DNA from: a virus
Taxonomy: Duplodnaviria; Caudoviricetes
IMG/VR virus record: IMGVR_UViG_3300046011_008859
Span: 1-53,520 of that record
DNA length: 53,520 nt
Reading direction: 5' to 3' (one strand)
Shown here: in pieces, positions 8,860-18,241 of the stretch
How positions within the stretch are numbered: position 1 is the stretch's first letter
Layout of the letters: every line of letters starts with the position of its first letter
Translations under genes and position numbers: made by a program
The notes under the pieces: generated by a model
Database searches by the model: none
Told to the model about the DNA's origin: nothing
Seen by the model: only the letters and a program-made list of their open reading frames with translations

Positions 8860-11800
8860 CCGACCAGCGGTACATGTCGCCCTGCTCCGTGGGCTGCGGC
8901 ACCTCCGCGCCCATGAGCTGACCCGGCAACGTCTGCTCGACCGCCTGCTGGTACACGTCGCGCACGGTGCGGTCGATCGTCTCCACCGTCCTGCCGACCA
9001 CGCTCTCCTCACGCAGCTTGATCGCCGACTTCATCTGCTCCTGCGTCACGGTCAGGGGCAGGCCGAAACGACGCTCGAACTCCGCCTTTACCTTCGCCGC
9101 AGCGCCCATGTTGTTGCCAAGCACCGCAGCGATGTAGCGCCTACGCCCCTCGCGGATAGCGTCACGGTTCTTCAGAAGGAACTGGCTCAGCTCCTGGGGC
9201 TGGCTGAACCTGCCAAGGTCTGCACCGAACGCCTTCAGCACGATGTCGCTGGTGGGGACTTGGCCCATGAACCGCCCGTCCGACTTGAACACGGGAGCCA
9301 TGCCGTTCTCCGCCTGACGCCAGTCCACGTACGTCCGCTGCAGCCCGATGTCCTGCAACGCAGTCATGGGCGACGCACTGCCCAGCAACCGGCTGATCGC
9401 AACGCCAGCCGGCACCGTGCGGGGCACGAGGTCCTTCAGGATCTCGATGTCTTGGCTCGACATGAACTTCAGGCCCTGCCACCCCAGATCCACGATGGGC
9501 GGGATGTACAGGGGTGGATCCTCGCCGGACAACGCCTGCTGCCCACCCACCAGGTCAGTCATTCCCATCGCAAGTCCCCGGCTCAGGTCCGCACCGAACA
9601 CGCTCTTGCCCACCTCGTACGTCACGGCACTGACCGCCATCATCCGGGTGATGTCCACCATCGTCACGGGAGAGGGAAGCACGCCAAGGATCGGCTTTGT
9701 GCTGCTCACCTCCCGGCCGGCGAAGGAACGGGTTCCGCCCATCATGGCCGGGACGGTGAACAGGTTCGCGAACGACCGAAGTCCGTACTGCGCGAACTGG
9801 CGGAACGCAGGCTCACGGAGCACAGGCGCGTAGAACAGGCCGGGACGGTTGATCGGGCTCGTTCCGAACTGGAACTGCTGCACTGCCTCCATGGCATCAA
9901 CCTGCGCACGGATCACGTCGTCCCCCACCATCCGGCCCGCACGCTGGTACGCGTTGAGCACGGCGTTCGCGGTCACTGTCCGGTTCAGCGTCTCGCTGAG
10001 CTGGAACGGCTTCATCACGAACTCGAGGAACGAGAACTTCGGCTTGCCGACCTGGACCTTCGCGCCCCAGCCGCTCTTCTCCATCATCTCCCACGTGCTG
10101 CCAATGTCCGCGATCCGGGTCAGGTCGATGTCCGTGTCCCCGAACTTGCGGCGGAACGACGACTCCATCGCAGACTGGATCTGGTCGCGTGTCGCACCCG
10201 GGCCCAGCCGCGACCGGGCAGCCGCGTAGCTTCCGATCATCTCGAACGCCTGGCTGTACGCACGCACCGTGTTCTTGAACCCAAGCTGGTGGATGCTCTG
10301 CAACGGCTGCATCAGGTTCATGATGACCGTGCCGATGTTCAGGCCCATGTGGCTGGCGTAAAGACCACGCGTCACGTTCGTGAACGGGCTGAACTCGAGC
10401 CCGGTCGAGTCGGTTGCCCAGCGCCGCAGGTCCCGGACGATCCTGCTGCCGTATCCGCCACGGGCCTCGATGGCCGTCATGAACTTGCTGTTCGCCAGCC
10501 TGAGCGCAGCCTCCTGCATCAGCGTCGCGCTTGCGACGTGTGCCGCCTCGTCCATGGGACGGATGCCCGAGATGGCGGGGATGATGTGCTTGCGCCACAG
10601 GTTGACGAAGTTCTTGTCCCTCGGGTTCTGGAGCGCGGCATCGTCAAGGTCCGTCTCCATCAGGTCGTACAGGCTGTACCCACCCGCAGGCTTCGCACCC
10701 TCAGGCACTGCCTCCAGGTCACGCACGGTCCACGGGGCCCCCCCACCGCTGGCCCCCACCGGCCCAGGCAATCGCGCCATGGCGGAAGCCTGCCCGAGAT
10801 CCTGCATCGCGATACGGACGGCGGGGTTCTTTGCCGCATCGTGCACGAAGAACGTGTAGTCCCTCGCCACGCTGGTGACGTACTTGTCCGCAGCGACGTC
10901 CGGCGCGACCCGCATGGTCCGGTAGAAATTCTGGTTCTCTCGCTGGCCCCTCACGCGCTGACGCTGCTGCTCGATGAAGTTGAACATCGCCTCGGTCCCA
11001 CCGAAGCGGTTGGCAATGTCCTCGAGGTCAGCGGGATTCCACGGCACCTCGGTCGTCCGGGTCCGGCCAAACGTGCGACCGGAGATCGCCACGCCATCGT
11101 CGCCGCCCGGCCCTTCCCGCTTGCCGGTGTAGGGGTTGTACGCGATCACGCGGTCGTCACGGTCACGCGTCTCGATCGTGTTGCGGGGGATGTAGTACGG
11201 ATCCTCGTAACCCTTCGCCATCGTCTCGACGATCAGGTTCTCGATCTCGTCCTTCGTCGCACCGACGCGCAGGCCAGAGGGCCTGCGCTTGCCTGCAAGG
11301 GTCATAAGGCGCGAAGCCACGTCGTCGGACAGCAGGTTCCGCACCGCCTCCTCGCCCGTGGAAGTCATCATGCCGGCGGAGTCCATCGCCCCGACGTTCT
11401 GCAGTTCCTTCATGCGAGCACGCACGGAACGCAGGATCTTGTTGCGGTCAACGACGAACCCGCGCCCAGCTGCATGCGCATCCTCGTCTCCTGCCAGCAA
11501 TACACGTCCGTACTCGTAGAACTTCCGCTGGGCCTCGTTGAAACGGTTGAGCCCGAACTCACGTTCGACCGCCTCAAGGGATCCGATGTCCGAAACGTAC
11601 TGCGCACGGGCTACCGTCTCGAAGTCCACCCTCGGACCGCCCTCGAACACGCTCGAAGCGCCCAGGTCCCCCCTGCCGAACACGCCTTCCGGATCCAGCT
11701 TGGTGGGGTCAAGCCCCGCCTTGATCACGATGCTGGGTTGCTCCCGCTTCCTCACAGAGTCCAGCAGAGTCGGAACTTCCGGACCGTAGTCCGTCATCAC

Positions 11801-12643
11801 TTCCGGATCCAGTCCGGGAATCTTTCCGAGCAGAGACGCGTCAGACGGGTTCGCAAGGTCGTACGACTCCAGCCCAGTCCGGTTGTGTTCACGCACGCGC
11901 ATGAACACTTCCTCCGAAACCTCGACCGGCTTGAACCTCGGACTGCCGTCGCTTGCCTTCCCCAAGTAGATGCGGATGTGATAGCGGTCCGGGCTCACGC
12001 CCCTTACGAACGTCTCTTCGCGGTTCTTGTCGAACCCAAGCGAACGAATCAGGATCGCGCCCCGGATGTCCCTCAGGTCTCTAGCAACTGCCTGGTTCGG
12101 AGCCTCGTCCGGGTCAAGGCTCGTCAGCTTGACATTGTGCTTCCGGCTGACCGTATCCAGCAGGGTGCGGACTTCCGCCTCCATCATCGATGACATGCGC
12201 TTGGTGACTTCCTCGTTCTTGAGGATGCCTGCCTGCGCCAGCGCGGAGATCCTGCGGCCGATGCTCTCCGTCGATCCGCTGGTGAACCCCACCATCCGCA
12301 GGAAGGGGAACATGGCCTTGGACGCATCGCCTGCCCAAGTGCCCTGTCCTCCCGCGAAGAACCGACGGCCGGACGCAAGGTTCCGCGCAGCCACGCCACC
12401 CGTGCCGAGCGTCAGCACGCCGAGCCAGACTAGCGGGTTCCCGAGCACGTTAATCGCCGTGTCGGCAACCGGGTTCCCGCCGTACTCCTCGCGCACCTTG
12501 TCCACGAACGACTCGCGCTCGCGTGGGCTCAGCGATGCCGGATCAAACAGAACGCGACTGACCGAGTTGGTCGTCGCGATTCCGTTTGCCAGCTGGCTGA
12601 TGATGACCGCTGGCTTGTCGTAGCTGCGGATCGGGTCGAACAC
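8813..12643 (-). CDS. Large putative internal virion (DNA ejection) protein
   Basis: 1276 aa, helical, at the distal end of the structural operon as in podoviruses; no catalytic motif recognised. Confidence 0.6.
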   Translation of the reverse strand: MFDPIRSYDKPAVIISQLANGIATTNSVSRVLFDPASLSPRERESFVDKVREEYGGNPVADTAINVLGNPLVWLGVLTLGTGGVAARNLASGRRFFAGGQGTWAGDASKAMFPFLRMVGFTSGSTESIGRRISALAQAGILKNEEVTKRMSSMMEAEVRTLLDTVSRKHNVKLTSLDPDEAPNQAVARDLRDIRGAILIRSLGFDKNREETFVRGVSPDRYHIRIYLGKASDGSPRFKPVEVSEEVFMRVREHNRTGLESYDLANPSDASLLGKIPGLDPEVMTDYGPEVPTLLDSVRKREQPSIVIKAGLDPTKLDPEGVFGRGDLGASSVFEGGPRVDFETVARAQYVSDIGSLEAVEREFGLNRFNEAQRKFYEYGRVLLAGDEDAHAAGRGFVVDRNKILRSVRARMKELQNVGAMDSAGMMTSTGEEAVRNLLSDDVASRLMTLAGKRRPSGLRVGATKDEIENLIVETMAKGYEDPYYIPRNTIETRDRDDRVIAYNPYTGKREGPGGDDGVAISGRTFGRTRTTEVPWNPADLEDIANRFGGTEAMFNFIEQQRQRVRGQRENQNFYRTMRVAPDVAADKYVTSVARDYTFFVHDAAKNPAVRIAMQDLGQASAMARLPGPVGASGGGAPWTVRDLEAVPEGAKPAGGYSLYDLMETDLDDAALQNPRDKNFVNLWRKHIIPAISGIRPMDEAAHVASATLMQEAALRLANSKFMTAIEARGGYGSRIVRDLRRWATDSTGLEFSPFTNVTRGLYASHMGLNIGTVIMNLMQPLQSIHQLGFKNTVRAYSQAFEMIGSYAAARSRLGPGATRDQIQSAMESSFRRKFGDTDIDLTRIADIGSTWEMMEKSGWGAKVQVGKPKFSFLEFVMKPFQLSETLNRTVTANAVLNAYQRAGRMVGDDVIRAQVDAMEAVQQFQFGTSPINRPGLFYAPVLREPAFRQFAQYGLRSFANLFTVPAMMGGTRSFAGREVSSTKPILGVLPSPVTMVDITRMMAVSAVTYEVGKSVFGADLSRGLAMGMTDLVGGQQALSGEDPPLYIPPIVDLGWQGLKFMSSQDIEILKDLVPRTVPAGVAISRLLGSASPMTALQDIGLQRTYVDWRQAENGMAPVFKSDGRFMGQVPTSDIVLKAFGADLGRFSQPQELSQFLLKNRDAIREGRRRYIAAVLGNNMGAAAKVKAEFERRFGLPLTVTQEQMKSAIKLREESVVGRTVETIDRTVRDVYQQAVEQTLPGQLMGAEVPQPTEQGDMYRWSARGKTKAAGGDREGT

Positions 12644-12652
12644 CCGGTCGCC

Positions 12653-13123
12653 TTAAGCCACCATGCTCCGGAAACGGATCTGGACCGTTCCTCGGAATGC
12701 CGCGAAGGTGTTCTCAAAGTCAATCATCACCCAGCGACCCTTCTGGATCAGGTTGTTCGCGTTGTTGATCTTGGTGCTTGCACCGACGTTCTGGGAGTCT
12801 CCTGCTGCGTCAATACGGACCACGGAGTCCGTGTCCGAGATGATCGTGTCTCCGGCAGCAGCGTTGTTGCCGCCGTCGATGTTGAACGAGCAGATGATCG
12901 TTCCCGCCGAAGAGTTCGGGGCAGTCGCCTCTTCAATGTTGAGCCGACCGTTTCCGCCACCGGGAACAATGATGCCAACAACCACGCTGTCGATGACGAG
13001 ATCACGGTCCGCATACATGAAGACCACGGGATCGCTGGTGCTTGCAGCCGCAACGAACGGAACGGTGACGATCTGGAAATCGTTGGGGTAGTGCTGGGTA
13101 ACGAGAGAGTTTGCGCCTGCCAT
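12653..13123 (-). CDS. Putative virion structural (decoration-like) protein
   Basis: 156 aa, beta-rich, strong AAGGAG RBS. Confidence 0.55.
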   Translation of the reverse strand: MAGANSLVTQHYPNDFQIVTVPFVAAASTSDPVVFMYADRDLVIDSVVVGIIVPGGGNGRLNIEEATAPNSSAGTIICSFNIDGGNNAAAGDTIISDTDSVVRIDAAGDSQNVGASTKINNANNLIQKGRWVMIDFENTFAAFRGTVQIRFRSMVA

Positions 13124-13147
13124 TAAAGTGCTCCTTGTGTTTGAAGT

Positions 13148-13954
13148 TTACTGAGTGAATTGGCCCTCGGCCATGGCTCGGCCAAGTTCCTGAAGAAGAT
13201 CGGTTCTCTGTTCGCCTCCAAGCACGACGGCCCCCTGAGGAAGCCGACGCCCGGCCATGACCTGTGCGTACATCGCAGGATCTGCCTGTGCCACACGCTG
13301 GAGGTTCAGGTCGATTGCAGCCTGCAAGCTTTCGCGCTGTGCTCGTTCCGCCTCCTGGTTGATGACCTGGCGGCGCTGCGCGTTCCGGAACTCCAGGAAC
13401 GCATCCTCTGCCAGCTTTCCCTCAACCTGCCGAGTCAGACTACGAAACGCTCCAACACCAGCTCCCAAGCCAGCCAGAGCGGCAAGGGCCCTAACTCCGT
13501 ACTTTCGGCCAAGCCTTACGGCCAAGTGAGGAGGGACCGGACCCGAAACAGCGCGAGGATCTTCCGGACCAAGGAGTGGACGAGGATCTGTCGGACCAAG
13601 GATTGTTCGGGGATCCTCAGGACCAAGAACCTCTCGAGGATTCTGAGGACCGAGAAATCGTCTTGGTCTTGGGTCTTCTGGACCGAGGAATCGTCGGGGA
13701 TCCTCAGGACCAATGGACAAATAGCGCGGATCTTCCGGACCAGAAATGCGTCTTACTTTTTCTTCCGGACCAGAAATGCGGATTACGTCGTCAGTAAGGG
13801 GAATTTCTACCGGCGACCGCTCAGACCGGGTCGGCGCTTCAGGACTCTTCTTCTTCCTACTTCTCTTCTTAGAAGAGGAAGAAGACCTGGTACTGCCGGA
13901 AGTAGCAGCCATAACGCCCTTGAGGACCTTGCTCTGAACGGGCTTCTTAGCCAC
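13148..13954 (-). CDS. Hypothetical protein with GPEDPR tandem repeats
   Basis: Basic/Ser-rich N-terminus, about 9 GP(E/Q/T)DPR-like units, a hydrophobic segment and a helical C-terminus. Confidence 0.65.
   Translation of the reverse strand: MAKKPVQSKVLKGVMAATSGSTRSSSSSKKRSRKKKSPEAPTRSERSPVEIPLTDDVIRISGPEEKVRRISGPEDPRYLSIGPEDPRRFLGPEDPRPRRFLGPQNPREVLGPEDPRTILGPTDPRPLLGPEDPRAVSGPVPPHLAVRLGRKYGVRALAALAGLGAGVGAFRSLTRQVEGKLAEDAFLEFRNAQRRQVINQEAERAQRESLQAAIDLNLQRVAQADPAMYAQVMAGRRLPQGAVVLGGEQRTDLLQELGRAMAEGQFTQ
13526..13780 (-). repeat. Degenerate 27-33 nt coding tandem repeat
   Basis: Recurrent GGACC cores on the plus strand; CTTCCGGACCAGAAATGCG occurs twice exactly. Confidence 0.75.
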
Positions 13955-14420
13955 GAGCAGCCTCCAGCCGGCTCAAGATCTCCATGGGAGTCATTGCTCT
14001 CGTCTGCTGAAGAGACGAAAGTCGTGCAGTATGACCAGCAAGAAGTTCTTCAAGTTCAGAGCTGATTGTCGGAGCCTCGCGGGCGCGCCTCATGTTCCTT
14101 GCAATCCCGGAAAGTTGTCGAGTCAACTGCTCGTCTGCCATCAACTCGGCAATGCTCGGAGCGCGACCGCCCCCCACCAGGCTTTCAAGCCCAGCGCCTC
14201 CTCCCATGCGCGACATCTTCTGCTGCTCGAACTCGTCCTGGATCTCCAGCTGCCGGCGCAGCATCTGCTCCTGCTCCTCCGTACTTGGCATCCCATTGCC
14301 CATCAGGAGGAAGGGCAAGGATCCAACGAGGCCGCCGACAAGCGCACCAGCAATGGTCCCAGGAGGGCCAAGGAATGATCCAAGTCCACCACCGACTGCG
14401 GCTCCTGCTGTGGCGCTCAT
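13947..14420 (-). CDS. Glycine-zipper protein (putative ejection/membrane-inserting)
   Basis: N-terminal GAAVGGGLGSFLGPPGTIAGALVGGLVG followed by a coiled coil. Confidence 0.65.
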   Translation of the reverse strand: MSATAGAAVGGGLGSFLGPPGTIAGALVGGLVGSLPFLLMGNGMPSTEEQEQMLRRQLEIQDEFEQQKMSRMGGGAGLESLVGGGRAPSIAELMADEQLTRQLSGIARNMRRAREAPTISSELEELLAGHTARLSSLQQTRAMTPMEILSRLEAARG

Positions 14421-14752
14421 TCTTCTGCCTCCGTGAACACGATCGCCTGCTCATCGTCAGGCGACCCAATGCGACCCACGCGACCAACCCAGCTGGTGGG
14501 GGACTCACGCTCCACGTACACCAGAACGTCAGCCTCCTGCCACACGGGATCGTACCGCACGTCCCAGAGCCAACGCCGAATCTGCTTCGGCGTCATCTTG
14601 CTGAACTTCCTGTCCAGCTCCGGCTTGACCAGCAGCCCGTTCGATCCGAGGATCTGGAACCCGTTCTCCGCATCCGGAGTGGACATCCCAATCCCAAACT
14701 TGTGGGCCATGAAAGTCAGGAAGTGGCTTGTTTCCTTCCAGTCCGACATCAA
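14417..14752 (-). CDS. Hypothetical protein
   Basis: 111-aa ORF overlapping both neighbours by 4 nt. Confidence 0.6.
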   Translation of the reverse strand: MMSDWKETSHFLTFMAHKFGIGMSTPDAENGFQILGSNGLLVKPELDRKFSKMTPKQIRRWLWDVRYDPVWQEADVLVYVERESPTSWVGRVGRIGSPDDEQAIVFTEAEE

Positions 14753-16353
14753 GGACTCAATCTCTGGATCTCTCCTCCAAGTCCGGTAGACAGAAGGCGA
14801 AGAGCATCCAGTTCTCCGCCAACGTCCTGCATCTCTGCGCCCGTGATCAAGTCTGAAAGCTGACCTTGTAGCTGGTTCTCGCGATTGAGCCCAGACATGA
14901 ATTCACGTTCAAGTTCCTGAGCAGAGCGAATCGGGATGCCAGGCCCCATCCTGCCTTCGGACAGGTAGTCAAGCAACGAGTTCACTTCCTCGTCAAGTCC
15001 GTAACGCTGGGCTCGCTCAAGCATTCCGCTTTCGGCAAGACGATCGTACTGGCCAGTCCTGCGGATTCGTCCGACAGCTTCCGACATCAACCGAAGATCC
15101 TCAAGATCGGTAACGACCATTGAACCTGCGGCATTCGCAAACATCGACATCTTCTGTCGCTCGGCACGGGCAGCCGCTTCGATTGCCATGCTTCGCAGCG
15201 AACGCTGTCCCCCCTGAGCAATCAACGCAGCAGATGCGTTGTCGTAGTTCAACGCGTTCTGGTTTGCCTTAGACGCAAGGTTCTGGAACATAATCTTCAC
15301 CGTGGTCGGATCCATGCCGGCAGCGACCAGCTGCTGAGTCGCATCGCCTTGACCCCCACCAGCCAGAAGAGCCTCAAGCGCAGTGCGCGCGGCGTCTGCG
15401 TTGAACTGCTTCTGTCCAGGGATGGTCGAAAGGGTAGCGATCATCGAATCAACCGCCGTAGCCTGCACCTTCTTACGGATCTCATCATCCGTATCCACTC
15501 GCTGGACAAGACCAGCGCTTCTTTCCATTCCAGGAAGGAATCCTTCTGCCACCCCCATGGAGGGCTGCAAAGCCATGTAGGCAAGACCCGAAAGTTCTTT
15601 CTCAGTCAAGTCAATGCCCTGGCTCGCCAACTTTCTTACAAGGAACGCCATGGGGCCACCGACAGAAGAAGCAGCCATTTCCTCTGCAGCTATCTGGACT
15701 CCAAAGAACTTTGCAACTTCAACCGCCTTGCGGATCTCGGCGGACGACAAGTTCATCTGCGCGGTTTCAGAGAACCGACCCGCATTGTCCGCAGCAGTCT
15801 TCAGCTGCTCGCTGAGTTGGGTGGCCTTGTTGCCAATCTCCTCTACGAAGGCGTCGAACTTCTGAGGAGTCAGCTCCATCCGTCGTCCAAGGATTGACTG
15901 CTGCATCGCAGCGTCTGCCTGCACTTTCTTCAGCTGCGACATCTGCAACTGGAGCTGCTGAGCGGCAGCTTGGCGTCCCTCGGCACTTGCGATCTGGAAG
16001 TCAATGTCCAACTTCTTCAACTTGAGTGCAGCTGCCTGTGCGTCTCTGGCAGAACTCTGCTGGGCAGCCAAGAGCATTTGGTTCTGCTGTAGCTCAAACT
16101 GCTGACTACTGGACTGCTGGCCCTGCTCGAACTGCTGACGCTGCTGCTCAAGTGCCAGTCTCTGATTCATCTCAGCCTGGCTTTGCGCCAACCCCATGCT
16201 TGCGAGCCGTTCCTGTTGGCTCATCTGCTGCTGCGCCAGTGCCATCGACTGTTGCTGCGCAAGGCCCTGCATGCCCCGCTGCGCAATCCCCTCTTCCGAA
16301 GATACGAGGTTCGAGAGGAGCGGATCGATGTTGCTCGGTGGCTGATATGCCAT
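14749..16353 (-). CDS. Gln-rich coiled-coil protein (putative ejection protein)
   Basis: 534 aa with a Q/A-rich helical N-terminal third. Confidence 0.6.
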   Translation of the reverse strand: MAYQPPSNIDPLLSNLVSSEEGIAQRGMQGLAQQQSMALAQQQMSQQERLASMGLAQSQAEMNQRLALEQQRQQFEQGQQSSSQQFELQQNQMLLAAQQSSARDAQAAALKLKKLDIDFQIASAEGRQAAAQQLQLQMSQLKKVQADAAMQQSILGRRMELTPQKFDAFVEEIGNKATQLSEQLKTAADNAGRFSETAQMNLSSAEIRKAVEVAKFFGVQIAAEEMAASSVGGPMAFLVRKLASQGIDLTEKELSGLAYMALQPSMGVAEGFLPGMERSAGLVQRVDTDDEIRKKVQATAVDSMIATLSTIPGQKQFNADAARTALEALLAGGGQGDATQQLVAAGMDPTTVKIMFQNLASKANQNALNYDNASAALIAQGGQRSLRSMAIEAAARAERQKMSMFANAAGSMVVTDLEDLRLMSEAVGRIRRTGQYDRLAESGMLERAQRYGLDEEVNSLLDYLSEGRMGPGIPIRSAQELEREFMSGLNRENQLQGQLSDLITGAEMQDVGGELDALRLLSTGLGGEIQRLSP

Positions 16354-16361
16354 GTTGTTCC

Positions 16362-17555
16362 TTATGCGAACAGTGACATGATGCGCGGATCAACCCGCGA
16401 ACTGCGGTCAACTTCAAGCGCCATTACCTGGCGGGTCAGCATCTCAGCAAGAGACACCGGGCCAAACGGCATCGTCTGAACCATCTGCGCACCCAGTACG
16501 TTGCCTCGCATCTCCATGTCCAAGGCGGTTGCCATCGCGCTCTGCAGCGCCGACTGAGAGAACTGGTGCATTCCGCTGTACCACTGGCCGATCTGCTCCT
16601 GCGCCTGCTGCTGCATCGCCGCAGACTGGAGCCCAAGCGCGCCCATGCCCTGCGCCGTCTGCGTGGTGAGCGAACCCCACTGTGCACCAACCGTGCTTTC
16701 GAGGCTCGCGAGGTTGGACTGCATCTGGGCCAACGCCTGCGCTGCCTGCTGGTCTGCCTGGCTCGCAAGGCTCGCGCTCTCGCGCTGCATGCCCATCCGG
16801 AGTTCGTCCTGCATCATGCCCTTCTGTTCGGGCGTCAGGTCATCCCGCCGGTTGATCGCATCCATCTGCGTGCGGAACTGCTGCTGGACCCCCATCACGC
16901 CGCTCGCGACCGTGTCCTTGCGGAAGAAGTCCATGTCCGAGATCGCACGGCGCATGGTGTCCACGCCGCCCTGCATCTGGCGCTGCGCTTCCTGCAGCCC
17001 ACGCTGGGCCTGCTGCTGTGCCTGCTGCACAAACTGCTGGCCCTGCTCACCTGCACGGTTCACGTTCTGGGCCTGCTGGAACATCAGGTCCATGCCCTGC
17101 TGCTGGGCACCCTGCGCCTGCTGGACCATCTGCCCGAAGCCCTGTCGCTGTCCCTGCAACTGGCCGAACAGACCCTGCAGCATCGCAAGTTCCTGCTGGC
17201 GAGCACCTTCAAAACGCTGGCGATCTTGAGCCAAGCCACCGGCGATCAGCTGCCCATACGTCGGAAAGCCCCCACCAGCCTGCTGGCTCGGGGCTCCCGG
17301 CGTGATGCGCATGCCCGTCTGGCCGCTGAAGTACCGGGGCTCGAACTGCGAACTCTCGAGGCCAAGTGGAACCACGTGCCCGCCGGGACCACCGAATGCA
17401 TGGCTCGAACTAGGACCCGCGTACGAGAACTGTCCGGGAATGCTGGGATGCGACTGCGGGTGGGTGAACCCGCCGGTATGGCTCATCGGACCCTGCTGGC
17501 CGCCACCGCCGAACAGGCCTTGAAGACCCTGCAGCCAGCTTGGAAATCCGCTCAT
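16362..17555 (-). CDS. Gln/Met/Gly-rich protein (putative pilot/ejection protein)
   Basis: 397 aa with QQAQQQAQ-type helical repeats. Confidence 0.6.
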   Translation of the reverse strand: MSGFPSWLQGLQGLFGGGGQQGPMSHTGGFTHPQSHPSIPGQFSYAGPSSSHAFGGPGGHVVPLGLESSQFEPRYFSGQTGMRITPGAPSQQAGGGFPTYGQLIAGGLAQDRQRFEGARQQELAMLQGLFGQLQGQRQGFGQMVQQAQGAQQQGMDLMFQQAQNVNRAGEQGQQFVQQAQQQAQRGLQEAQRQMQGGVDTMRRAISDMDFFRKDTVASGVMGVQQQFRTQMDAINRRDDLTPEQKGMMQDELRMGMQRESASLASQADQQAAQALAQMQSNLASLESTVGAQWGSLTTQTAQGMGALGLQSAAMQQQAQEQIGQWYSGMHQFSQSALQSAMATALDMEMRGNVLGAQMVQTMPFGPVSLAEMLTRQVMALEVDRSSRVDPRIMSLFA

Positions 17556-17563
17556 TGGATACC

Positions 17564-18241
17564 TCAGTACACGAAGTTGGAGAAGCCCGGAATGTTCTGG
17601 AGCGACTGTCGGGAAATGCCGCCAGACTCATTCGAGAACGTGGCGCTTGGACTGCGCCCTCTTGTCTTTGAAGGACGACCAGCAGTGGTCGGGGGTGCCA
17701 ACTGCGGACGCTGCGGGTTTGCCGACAAGAAGGTGGAAACGTCGTCTCTTCGTCCCGGCATTCCAGGCCGATCTCCACGCACATACGAAGCAGCGTCGAT
17801 CACGCTTCCGTCAGCGCGAAGCATTGGATTGGACCTTCCCTGATTGCTTCCCGGCCTGAACTGCTGGCTAGGCTGGTTGCCCATCATCGGCATGTTGCCG
17901 TACATGTTGCTCGGAGCCTGTTGCTGCTGCTGGCGCATTGCTGCGTTCTGCTGCGCCTGCTGCATCCAAGCCATCTGTGCCTGATACGGAACCACGCCAA
18001 GCTGAGGGAATGGCCTGCTGTTGTTCTGGACGTACTGGTCGTAGAAAGGACTGGATGGAGCAGACTGCTGCTGGGACGGCATGCCCAAGAGAGAGGAAAG
18101 CTGTGCCCAGTAATCCCCACCACCCATCGGGTTCTGCGAAGGAGCAGAAGAGGAAGGAGCAGACTGAGGCATAGTCTGGGTAGGAACAATGTTGTTCCAC
18201 CCACTAACCGTTTGCCACGGCATTCCAGTCATCCATGCCAT
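17564..18241 (-). CDS. Low-complexity Q/S/P/M/N-rich protein
   Basis: 225-aa ORF translationally coupled (TAATG) to the upstream tail gene. Confidence 0.6.
   Translation of the reverse strand: MAWMTGMPWQTVSGWNNIVPTQTMPQSAPSSSAPSQNPMGGGDYWAQLSSLLGMPSQQQSAPSSPFYDQYVQNNSRPFPQLGVVPYQAQMAWMQQAQQNAAMRQQQQQAPSNMYGNMPMMGNQPSQQFRPGSNQGRSNPMLRADGSVIDAASYVRGDRPGMPGRRDDVSTFLSANPQRPQLAPPTTAGRPSKTRGRSPSATFSNESGGISRQSLQNIPGFSNFVY

Noticed and set aside
9260-12193. 977-aa plus-strand ORF and other long antisense ORFs (18235..20184, 25948..27801, 16566..17843, 4889..6322)
   Set aside because: Shadow ORFs antisense to well-formed genes; expected from high-GC codon bias; unnatural His/Arg/Val-rich composition.
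8813-12643. Virion RNA polymerase
   Set aside because: No recognisable T7/N4-type or DxDGD polymerase motifs; better explained as an internal virion protein.
13526-13780. Possible CRISPR-like or mini-array
   Set aside because: Units are contiguous, in frame and degenerate at synonymous sites, with no unique spacers. It is a coding repeat.
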